From: a virus
Taxonomy: Duplodnaviria > Heunggongvirae > Uroviricota > Caudoviricetes
Virus record (IMG/VR): IMGVR_UViG_3300020576_001727
Location: 103,062-167,061 of that record
Direction: 5' to 3' (one strand)
DNA: 64,000 nt
The notes beneath the pieces are model-generated. The model had not been told where the DNA came from. It did not search any database and saw only the letters and a list, made by a program, of their open reading frames with translations. Below are positions 56,372 to 64,000 of this stretch, piece after piece. Every line of letters begins with the position of its first letter. The stretch's first letter is position 1. A program made the position numbers and the translations under genes.

Positions 56372-57006
56372 AACTAATAGCAATTGGCGATATTCATGGT
56401 TGTTTGGATGAACTTATCGAACTGTATGACAAGATCATTGGAGAAATTGGCAATGAAGATGCCAAAATCATTTTCCTTGGTGATTATGTTGATCGCGGTC
56501 CTAACGTCAAAGGCGTCTTGGATTTCTGCATGTCTTTGCGGAATACCGACAACATTCAACACGTCTTCCTAATGGGTAATCACGAAGATATCTTGCTGAC
56601 TACGGTTTATGCAGACATTGCAGAGGCAACGTATCGTAGCTTCGGTGTGAACAATGGAGACGGAATTCCTTTTGAGTATCGAGTATGGATGCAGAAGCTT
56701 GGATTGATTCATACTCATGGTCGCTATGTGTTTGTTCACGCCGGGATTGATCCGAGTATTGCCGATATTTATGATCAAAGGGGATTAAATCTGCTTTGGA
56801 CTCGTGATTTTGACGGTTATAAAGGCGATTATGAAGGCGGCTGGTTTGTTGTGCGCGGTCATACTCCCGTATTTGATGGACCGATTGTGACCAAAAACCA
56901 GATCAATCTTGATACCGGTTGCGTTTTTGGTGGAAAATTGTCGGCAGTTATTATTGATGAAAATCAAGGGTTTGTAAAATTTCTGGACGTAAAATCAAAA
57001 AAGTGA
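56368..57006 (+). CDS. PPP-family Ser/Thr phosphatase / ApaH-like metallophosphoesterase
   Basis: GDIHG, GDYVDRG, GNHE motifs. Confidence 0.6.
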   Translation: MKLIAIGDIHGCLDELIELYDKIIGEIGNEDAKIIFLGDYVDRGPNVKGVLDFCMSLRNTDNIQHVFLMGNHEDILLTTVYADIAEATYRSFGVNNGDGIPFEYRVWMQKLGLIHTHGRYVFVHAGIDPSIADIYDQRGLNLLWTRDFDGYKGDYEGGWFVVRGHTPVFDGPIVTKNQINLDTGCVFGGKLSAVIIDENQGFVKFLDVKSKK

Positions 57007-57016
57007 CAAAACCCCA

Positions 57017-57045
57017 TTGACAAAAAGAATGAAATCTCCTAAATT
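57017..57045 (+). promoter_or_regulatory. promoter TTGACA-N17-TAAATT
   Basis: read directly. Confidence 0.5.
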
Positions 57046-57105
57046 GTATTTGTGACGTTGAGGGAAATGGTTCCCCGACAAAAACCTGAAAATGGAGAAG
57101 TGAAA

Positions 57106-57201
57106 ATGGCTAAGGTTCAGAAGCGCGGTCGTCCCGCCTACCAGTATGTTCCGACTGCCAAGGGCAAGGCGCTGGTTACTCTCGCTAAGCAGTGGCAGTA
57201 A
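57106..57201 (+). CDS. 31-aa basic peptide with AT-hook-like KRGRP (MAKVQKRGRPAYQYVPTAKGKALVTLAKQWQ)
   Basis: RBS ggag; promoter upstream; terminator hairpin downstream at 57273. Confidence 0.35.
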   Translation: MAKVQKRGRPAYQYVPTAKGKALVTLAKQWQ

Positions 57202-57272
57202 CAAGAAAGGGTGTGTCTCTGAAGTAAGACACATAAAAACCAAAACGTTTGTATGGCGTGAGTAGTTTTTAG

Positions 57273-57306
57273 ACCGGGAAAGGTTCGTCCTTCCCGGTCT
57301 TTCCCT
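57273..57306 (+). terminator. hairpin agaccgggaaagg...ccttcccggtct followed by T-rich
   Basis: read directly. Confidence 0.45.
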
Positions 57307-57325
57307 ATAAAATGAAAGGAAATCA

Positions 57326-57778
57326 ATGAGATACGTTAAAGGCAATTTGGTTGATGCGAAAGAGCGAATTATTGCGCATGGTTGCAATTCCCAAGGTAAA
57401 ATGGGTAAAGGTGTCGCTCTTGATATCAAGAACAAATGGCCATTAGCTTATCAGCTTTATGTAAACCGACACAAGGTCCGTCCTCTTAAGCTAGGAGAAG
57501 TCGTTTCGGCACCAGTTGATGATAAAATCATTTGTAATCTTATTACACAAGAATTTTATGGATATGGGAGACGGTTTGTGAACTATGCCGCTATCCTTGT
57601 TTGTCTCGATAAAGTCGCTCTTGCTTTCGAAGGTGTTGGTGCGCCTACTGGCGAGATAGCAATTTCCAAAATCGGTGCGAAAAATGGCGGTGGTGACTGG
57701 AAAATCATCGAAACCATGATTCTTGATCTGGAAAGAATGAGAAATGTGGAGTTCGTTATTTACTCTCTTGACAACTGA
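57326..57778 (+). CDS. macro domain protein (ADP-ribose binding / ADP-ribosylhydrolase-like)
   Basis: IAHGCNSQGKMGKGVALDI matches macro N-terminal motif. Confidence 0.5.
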   Translation: MRYVKGNLVDAKERIIAHGCNSQGKMGKGVALDIKNKWPLAYQLYVNRHKVRPLKLGEVVSAPVDDKIICNLITQEFYGYGRRFVNYAAILVCLDKVALAFEGVGAPTGEIAISKIGAKNGGGDWKIIETMILDLERMRNVEFVIYSLDN

Positions 57779-57817
57779 TATTTTCCTGCTTACGATGTGA
57801 AAATCAAAACCCAATGA

Positions 57818-58126
57818 ATGGAATTTGAAATGAAAGATAATATTTTGGAAGTTATGGTTAATGCCATTACCGAAACCAGAGCCGTTTTGACGGAAATGGA
57901 AACAGCCGACGAGCGCGCTGTTGTCGATTCCGACTTTATTATGTGTGCTTATGGCAACGCTGTTTTGGCGCTTCGATTGAGTCTTGTCTATATGGCGGAA
58001 AATCCGGAAGCTCTAGCTGCCTATGCAGCCGATGGCTTCAAATCTTGGACAGATGACATGATCGAGAAATTCGACATTATGGTTGTCGGAACCGAAAAGA
58101 CTGTCCCTAACCCTTTCAAAAAGTGA
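57818..58126 (+). CDS. hypothetical protein
   Basis: ORF track. Confidence 0.4.
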   Translation: MEFEMKDNILEVMVNAITETRAVLTEMETADERAVVDSDFIMCAYGNAVLALRLSLVYMAENPEALAAYAADGFKSWTDDMIEKFDIMVVGTEKTVPNPFKK

Positions 58127-58132
58127 TTTCTC

Positions 58133-58567
58133 ATGAATTTGAAACTGTTTGATCGTCGTCGTTACGTTTTTGATGATGATGATCTTTTCTCCCATTCTCA
58201 CGAACCTGATGAAGAATCCCCAACCTTCCCTTGGTGGAAGCCACGTTGGAATGGTTCTGCATGGGAATTTGTAAATCCCAACGGCAAGGTTCTGGATACG
58301 ACTCGTCTCTATTCGACGCTCTATCCAACCTACTCGAAACTTATGCGGGAAGGCGCGGAATACGAACACTCTCCCAAGTTTTTTGTTGATTGGGCGAAAA
58401 AGATCGTGTATTATATGTCTTGCGTCGTATATACGGAAGCCGAACGAGAGAATCAGGCGGCTATCCCAAAGGGTCTTTCTCCAAAGGAAGCAACTAAAGC
58501 TTCCAAGGAAGCAGATCGAAAGACCGAAGCAACCGTTCAGGAATTTTTCAACTCTTTTAAGGAATAA
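58133..58567 (+). CDS. hypothetical protein
   Basis: ORF track. Confidence 0.4.
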   Translation: MNLKLFDRRRYVFDDDDLFSHSHEPDEESPTFPWWKPRWNGSAWEFVNPNGKVLDTTRLYSTLYPTYSKLMREGAEYEHSPKFFVDWAKKIVYYMSCVVYTEAERENQAAIPKGLSPKEATKASKEADRKTEATVQEFFNSFKE

Positions 58568-58624
58568 TTGCTATGACACCTTATGTTTTGGGATGGATTG
58601 CTAGTGGATTGTTCATAACTCACC

Positions 58625-58822
58625 ATGCACCAAAGGGAAATGATTAAAATGAATATTATCAAGGTTTATGATTTGGCTTATGATCGGTATGTGCAGTATG
58701 CCATTCCGACCAAGAAAGAAGCCATCAAGCATATGGAAAACACTTGGGGAAGCCAATGGGATTCCGTTGAAAAGGAAGTTGTCGAGGGTGGAGTCCCCAC
58801 CCCTTGGAGAAAGGTAATCTGA
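58625..58822 (+). CDS. hypothetical small protein
   Basis: ORF track. Confidence 0.3.
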   Translation: MHQREMIKMNIIKVYDLAYDRYVQYAIPTKKEAIKHMENTWGSQWDSVEKEVVEGGVPTPWRKVI

Positions 58823-58823
58823 A

Positions 58824-59045
58824 ATGAGAGACAAGGCAAAGGAAACGATTGACAAGGCTTTTGATCTTGGTGAAGACGCCAAGGAAAAGGCAAAGGAATT
58901 GGCCAATGAAACGCTTGAAGGGGCAGACGAAATCAAGGACAAGGCAATTGAAGTTGCCTTGGAGTCCGCTGATCAAGCAATTCAAAAAGCGAAAGAAATT
59001 ACTGAAACGGGACAAAAAATCCTTGAAAAGATGAAGTTCTGGTAA
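58824..59045 (+). CDS. K/E-rich coiled-coil small protein
   Basis: ORF track. Confidence 0.35.
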   Translation: MRDKAKETIDKAFDLGEDAKEKAKELANETLEGADEIKDKAIEVALESADQAIQKAKEITETGQKILEKMKFW

Positions 59046-59053
59046 GGGAATTT

Positions 59054-59662
59054 ATGCAAGAAAAATTGATACTTACAGACTGTGACGGGGTTTTGCTTGA
59101 TTGGGAGCGTGGTTTTGAAAATTGGATGGCTGAAAAAGGCTATGTAAAGCTTCCCGATTATGACATGAAAGCCTATTCATTAAGCATTCACTATGGAATT
59201 CCCAAGGAAGAAATTAAGCATCTGATCAAACAATTCAATGAATCGGCTGCAATCGGTTATCTTGAACCATATCACGATGCCCATGAATTCATTCCTAAAT
59301 TTTGGGAATTTGGATATGATTTTCATGTGATTACGTCTTTGTCCCATGACAAACATTCCAAGATGGCGAGGATCGACAATCTCAATCGAGAAATTCCGAG
59401 TTGGGATCATGATGGCTATTTTTGGGAAAAAAATGTAACCTGCCTTGATGTAGGAGCCGATAAGGATTCGGCGTTGTTGCCTTATAAGGACACCGGGCTT
59501 TGGTGGATCGAAGACAAGTATGAAAACGCAATGGCTGGTTTCAAGCTTGGTCTTAAGCCTTTGCTTTTGGTGCATGATCATAATGGCCATATCGAAACGC
59601 CGTTTCCCAAAGTGAAGAACTGGAAAGAGATTTATGAAATCGTTACAGCTTCCGAAAACTAA
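59054..59662 (+). CDS. HAD-family hydrolase, 5'(3')-deoxyribonucleotidase-like
   Basis: LILTDCDGVLLDWE motif I. Confidence 0.45.
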   Translation: MQEKLILTDCDGVLLDWERGFENWMAEKGYVKLPDYDMKAYSLSIHYGIPKEEIKHLIKQFNESAAIGYLEPYHDAHEFIPKFWEFGYDFHVITSLSHDKHSKMARIDNLNREIPSWDHDGYFWEKNVTCLDVGADKDSALLPYKDTGLWWIEDKYENAMAGFKLGLKPLLLVHDHNGHIETPFPKVKNWKEIYEIVTASEN

Positions 59663-59933
59663 TCTTTATGAAACTTGTCCGACTTGTGGCGGAAGTGGTT
59701 TGCAATTGTCAGCCTATGACGGGGAGCCGGATCATTGTCACGAATGCAAAGGGAACACTGTTGTTCCCAAGATCAAAATAAGGAAAAAGTGAGGTTGACA
59801 TTGCCGTTTATGAAGTCGAGACGCTTTTTGCCGGCAACACGCAAGCGGTCTTTCCCAAGGACGCGAAGAAGATTTTGGTTGACAAGATCGAATTTTAGTC
59901 CTATATTCCCTTTGTAACAAAGAGGAAGTTGTC

Positions 59934-60158
59934 ATGGCTTATGTGGTTCAGACTTCTATCGCAAATCCCATTATCGGCATCAAGAACAAGACCCATGCCG
60001 AAGTTGAAACTATCGCGGAAGGTGTTGCCTACGTCCAGAACGAGTTTCCCGGTTGGAATATGTATTGGGAAATGGACGCCGATGGTGCGGATGCCGCTGA
60101 TATCTTCATCTACAAGGGCGCAATGTCCCATGTCTACAGCATCGAAAAGGTGAAGTGA
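59934..60158 (+). CDS. hypothetical small protein
   Basis: ORF track. Confidence 0.35.
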   Translation: MAYVVQTSIANPIIGIKNKTHAEVETIAEGVAYVQNEFPGWNMYWEMDADGADAADIFIYKGAMSHVYSIEKVK

Positions 60159-60159
60159 C

Positions 60160-60572
60160 ATGTTCACGCGAGAAGGACATTTTTGGGTTTATCCAATCAA
60201 TAACAAGGCGAAAGGACGTTGGATTTACGCCTTTAACATGAAAAGTGCCATTACTGCCATATCAAAAAAGCCAAAACATTAGATCATAAAATTCCCGTTT
60301 CCAAAGGTGGTGAAGATACGCCAGAAAATTTAGTTCCTTGTTGTTTTGTCTGTAACCATGAAAGAGGAAGTGAGATATCATACGAATTGTTCGTAAGATT
60401 TACTCGCCGCTTTGGTGGTCCTGATACTGGTTGGTATAAATCGACAATGAAATATAAAATCAATGCATCCAAAATGATTTTGAAAAATCTTGCGCAAAAT
60501 ATTGCTCTTGAAATAATCTCCGAAAAATATCCATATGATTATGAACGAATTGTAAGAAGATTGAAATTGTAA
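60160..60572 (+). pseudogene. HNH endonuclease gene disrupted by frameshift in A6 run (60264-60269)
   Basis: frame 1 stops after AISKKPKH; shifted frame continues LDHKIPVSKGGEDTPENLVPCCFVCNHERG. Confidence 0.5.
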
Positions 60573-60580
60573 TATCCCTC

Positions 60581-60934
60581 TTGACAGGCGAGCCGAAAAC
60601 GACTAGATTACCATCATCAACAGAGGGTAATGACATGACTATGCAGGTAGCACAGACGATCCTTCAGCAGTTGGGCGGAAAGCGTTTCGCCATGATGACC
60701 GGTGCCAAGGATTTCATCGGTGGTGACAACAAGCTGAAGTTCCGCATTCCCATGACGAAGAACATCACTCACGTTGTTGTCGAGTTGACTCCGGCTGATC
60801 TTTACAAGATGACGTTCTATCGCTTCAACAAGGCTAAGCTGGAAATGAAGGTTGTTGCCGAAGAGGATGGCGTTTACTGCGATATGTTGCAGGACGTTTT
60901 CACCGAAAAGACCGGGCTTTACACTCAACTCTAG
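60581..60934 (+). CDS. hypothetical protein
   Basis: ORF track. Confidence 0.4.
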   Translation: MTGEPKTTRLPSSTEGNDMTMQVAQTILQQLGGKRFAMMTGAKDFIGGDNKLKFRIPMTKNITHVVVELTPADLYKMTFYRFNKAKLEMKVVAEEDGVYCDMLQDVFTEKTGLYTQL

Positions 60935-60943
60935 GAGATTTCG

Positions 60944-61102
60944 ATGTTCAAGGTTGTTGTTGATCGACTCGAAGCACGGCACGCTACGCGGATCGAACAC
61001 CTTACCCAAACTTTTGCGACGGAAGCAGAAGCACGCGCAAGACAACGTGAAATCAATGACAAGGCTTTCACGCCGTTCATGGCTTATGTGTTGCCAGCGT
61101 GA
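60944..61102 (+). CDS. 52-aa hypothetical protein
   Basis: RBS aggag upstream; not in ORF track (below length cut). Confidence 0.3.
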   Translation: MFKVVVDRLEARHATRIEHLTQTFATEAEARARQREINDKAFTPFMAYVLPA

Positions 61103-61398
61103 CTGACTTCAGCAATCTTCGACTCAAATATCTGTCCTTGGATGCAGAAGTCCAAGGACACATTCATGCAGGATTGCGTTCCGCTCCTACGTCCAAGGTC
61201 TATAAGCGTTGGTATGAAAAACGCTTGGTCGAACTTCAAGACGCAAGGGACAAGGCAAGGGAAGAATGGCGGAAAGTTGCGCCTCCTGAACCTTCCTATC
61301 GGGACAAGCTGATTATGGCTGCAAATGGCCATGAAGATTTGGAATCGACCAAGGCTGCTAGACGACTTTGTGATAAAAAAGGTTTTAAATATCAATGA
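61099..61398 (+). CDS. hypothetical protein
   Basis: ORF track. Confidence 0.4.
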   Translation: MTDFSNLRLKYLSLDAEVQGHIHAGLRSAPTSKVYKRWYEKRLVELQDARDKAREEWRKVAPPEPSYRDKLIMAANGHEDLESTKAARRLCDKKGFKYQ

Positions 61399-61976
61399 TT
61401 TATGAAGAAGCTTTCAAATATATTTCCAAAAAGTTCAAGACTAATGATTTCTTGATCGCTGGCGGTTCGGTCTATCGAGCATTTCACAGAGAAGATTTTC
61501 ATGCGTCTGGTTCGGACATTGATGTTTTCTTGTCACGTAGCTGTTTCGTGGGTCGCTCCAAATATGATCTAATGACCAAAACAGAAGAATATTTTATCAA
61601 TTCCAGACTAAAGAAATCCAAAGATTACCCCTCCGAATCTTATAAATTTTTCGATTCCCATCTTCGGAAAAATATCGAATATATCGTGATCGATGACAAT
61701 GTTTTTGATAAAGGAAATATCATCAAGCATTTCGACTTGAATTGTTCTCGTTACTATTGGAATTCTGCCAAGGAAGTCATCGAAAACGAAGACCCTTATC
61801 CAAATGAAATCGCAATCATGAAGCTTAAACCCGGATATACCTTTCAGAAGTTGTTCGAAAGAGTTTCAAAATATCGCCAGATCATGCCTAAAGCAGTCGT
61901 TTTCCGAGTTGAACCGGAATTGACTGTTACTATTACTAATGAAAAACCCAAGAAAAACATAATAGATGGTTATTGA
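61395..61976 (+). CDS. hypothetical protein
   Basis: ORF track. Confidence 0.4.
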   Translation: MIYEEAFKYISKKFKTNDFLIAGGSVYRAFHREDFHASGSDIDVFLSRSCFVGRSKYDLMTKTEEYFINSRLKKSKDYPSESYKFFDSHLRKNIEYIVIDDNVFDKGNIIKHFDLNCSRYYWNSAKEVIENEDPYPNEIAIMKLKPGYTFQKLFERVSKYRQIMPKAVVFRVEPELTVTITNEKPKKNIIDGY

Positions 61977-62302
61977 TGGAAACGACGAAGCGTGATGAAC
62001 GATTGAAACATTGTCCGCATTGTGGACCATTTCAAAGCTACTGTGACGTGGTTCAATCCGATATCAATCACAGATGGCAGGTTTTTTGTGGGCGTTGCGG
62101 TTCATCTTCGGGATCGTGCAGGACAGAAGACAAGGCAATTGAATTGTGGAATCAACGTCCTGTCGAGAATTTGGCGATTGCTGAATATGCCAACATGATG
62201 ATTGCTTATGAAAATTGCAATCCGGAAGTCGGTTTTGGACCATCCGATTCATATATTCGAGAAAAATGCGAAAAATACATCTTGACGGATGCGTGGCGAT
62301 AA
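61973..62302 (+). CDS. C4 zinc-ribbon protein
   Basis: CPHC...CGRC. Confidence 0.4.
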   Translation: MMETTKRDERLKHCPHCGPFQSYCDVVQSDINHRWQVFCGRCGSSSGSCRTEDKAIELWNQRPVENLAIAEYANMMIAYENCNPEVGFGPSDSYIREKCEKYILTDAWR

Positions 62303-62340
62303 GCTATATTCATTTCGTAATCAAAGAAAAGGTGATTGAA

Positions 62341-62670
62341 ATGGCGTATAAGCTGACTTTCAAGAAGCAGAAGGCGGCAACCGGTCTTAGAGCAGTTGGA
62401 AACGGAATGCCAAATACCAACATCAAGGCGAATGGAAAGTATGTTGGTGAAATCGTTGCACCAAATTGGATGACAAAGGATCGTCTTTATGGTATTCGTT
62501 TTGCCGTGAAAAAGAATGTTACGGAGGAAGACCCGGCTGCTTTCGGGTGGATAACTCTAAAGGCGCGGGCTGAAATGGAATCTGACGCCCGGGCGTTAAT
62601 AATCCGCAATTGGGAAAAGATTTGTGAAAAGTATGATCTTTACCTTTTTGAAGATTTTATGCCGGAATAA
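62341..62670 (+). CDS. hypothetical protein
   Basis: ORF track internal start MAYKLTF. Confidence 0.35.
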   Translation: MAYKLTFKKQKAATGLRAVGNGMPNTNIKANGKYVGEIVAPNWMTKDRLYGIRFAVKKNVTEEDPAAFGWITLKARAEMESDARALIIRNWEKICEKYDLYLFEDFMPE

Positions 62671-62728
62671 AAAAAAACTTCTTGACATTCGATTTTTTCC
62701 TATTATATTGATGATGTAACAAGGAAAG

Positions 62729-62923
62729 GTGATCGAAATGTTTTACGCCGCTCTTCCGTTCTATGCACTCGCAATTTTCATGTATCTGTGCATTCCGTTC
62801 GGGCGTGTCGAAATTAACGGTGAAGTTCTCCGGGGATTCGTTCCCAACTTGAAAGCAAAGATTGAACTTTTCCTTTTTGCCAATTTTGTTTTTGCGATTG
62901 GTGACTATGTAGGAGCAATGTGA
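62729..62923 (+). CDS. small membrane protein
   Basis: hydrophobic; TTGACA promoter at 62683. Confidence 0.35.
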   Translation: MIEMFYAALPFYALAIFMYLCIPFGRVEINGEVLRGFVPNLKAKIELFLFANFVFAIGDYVGAM

Positions 62924-63150
62924 TGATACCGATTGATATGCTGGATAAAGAAGTCCAAAAAGCTATTAGAAAAGCAGAAAAATCGGATGGATTTAAATAT
63001 GGAGCGCAAGTGCATTCCACTCGCGGCGAATGTTTTGTAAGTGTTCAATTTTATCCAAAAAGACAGTGGTATGTGACATTTAAAGACACAAAAGAAATTA
63101 TAGTATGCACAAAAGAATTAATGTCAAATATCAAACAATTAAAATTATAA
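62920..63150 (+). CDS. hypothetical small protein
   Basis: ORF track. Confidence 0.35.
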   Translation: MMIPIDMLDKEVQKAIRKAEKSDGFKYGAQVHSTRGECFVSVQFYPKRQWYVTFKDTKEIIVCTKELMSNIKQLKL

Positions 63151-64000
63151 ATGGCTAATCTGAAATACGCCGATCTTCTAAAACGGCAGAATCTTCAACT
63201 TTTCCTTGATCGAAGGCAATTTACAGTGGATGGTCAAGAAACGCTCGTAACCGGGCGTTTTTTTGTATCCAACGTCGAAAAAGTCTTTGATTCCAATAGC
63301 TTAAAAACGTGGTTATTGGAGAGAAAGCCGAATGATGTTCTGGAAATCGAAACGGTTTCCGGGGAGCGTTTGAAGTTGTCTCGACTCCTGAAAGATGCTG
63401 AATTTGGAGGCAAGACAGGAGGGAAAAAACATTGGGAGAGACAGGAGATTGGTTTGATTGAGGCTTTGGATAAAGCCATTGAAACCAAGTCATCCGTTCC
63501 CGGCTTAAGCTTTGCCGTTCATCACGTCACAAAGGCTTATGGACTGGCACAGACCGGATGGGAACCCTATGCCGATATCAAGATCAATCATACGCTAGGA
63601 GTGTCCTGTAAAGGCGATCATGCGGCTTCTTTGGCAGGAGGCGGATTGCTTGGATTGAAGGCAACCGTTCCGGATTTGGTCGATCATCTGTATGCAAAGG
63701 TCGAAAATGTCATTTGTGGAGAACTTGGCTATTCGTCGGGTGATATCACACAGAACACCAACGTTCCTGATCTATTTCATGAAATTCCCGAAACCAAGAT
63801 ACGAGAAATCCTGATCGGTAACGAGTATATCGGTGGTCCGGTCGATTACATGTATGTCGGCGGAATGAACGTCACTTACTCGATTGAGAACAAGAAATTG
63901 AAGCTGAATGGAGAGTTCTATTCGATTGACGATTATGTCAAAAAAATCAATAGGTTCTTCTTTCGAGTGAGAAAACGCGACCTTGACAAGTCGGGTGAAA
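63151..64000 (+). CDS. hypothetical protein, 3'-partial (runs off window end)
   Basis: open frame from ATG 63151 to window end (hand translation: MANLKYADLLKRQ...). Confidence 0.4.
   Translation, partial: MANLKYADLLKRQNLQLFLDRRQFTVDGQETLVTGRFFVSNVEKVFDSNSLKTWLLERKPNDVLEIETVSGERLKLSRLLKDAEFGGKTGGKKHWERQEIGLIEALDKAIETKSSVPGLSFAVHHVTKAYGLAQTGWEPYADIKINHTLGVSCKGDHAASLAGGGLLGLKATVPDLVDHLYAKVENVICGELGYSSGDITQNTNVPDLFHEIPETKIREILIGNEYIGGPVDYMYVGGMNVTYSIENKKLKLNGEFYSIDDYVKKINRFFFRVRKRDLDKSGE

Overview
This window looks like the replication / early region of a T4-like (Straboviridae-type) virulent phage.

- **T4 core genes, in T4-like order:** vWA + AAA (CobT/CobS-like) pair, dNMP kinase (gene 1-like), sliding clamp gp45, rpbA-position ORF, clamp loader gp44/gp62, RegA, then dUTPase. 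The second core block, 46 kb in, is DNA polymerase gp43, UvsX, a gp40-position ORF and the gp41 helicase.
- **Glycan island (~12.6 kb, 7.7-20.3 kb):** inserted between regA/dut and the rest of the core. It encodes sugar-nucleotide and glycan-building enzymes: NDP-sugar dehydrogenase, two NAD epimerases, a HAD phosphatase-nucleotidyltransferase fusion, a GT10 fucosyltransferase-like protein, GT-A transferases, a SAM methyltransferase, a GDPD-like esterase, a metallophosphoesterase, Nudix, and three paralogs of an unknown family.
- **tRNA island (21.3-38.8 kb):** roughly 40 tRNA or tRNA-like genes, called by hand from the sequence. They include four type-II Ser isoacceptors, three CAU tRNAs, several architecturally odd elements and 3' tRNA fragments. 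The island is riddled with HNH and GIY-YIG homing endonuclease genes. It also carries a Pth2-like peptidyl-tRNA hydrolase, an SPFH lipoprotein module, small peptides, and repeated TTGACA-N17-TAnnnT promoters.
- **Downstream:** MazG, RNase H-like, HExxH protease-like, DNA methyltransferase-like, HAD / PPP phosphatases, a macro-domain protein, and many small hypothetical proteins.

All calls rest on motif recognition and hand-folding; none could be verified with a search or folding tool.
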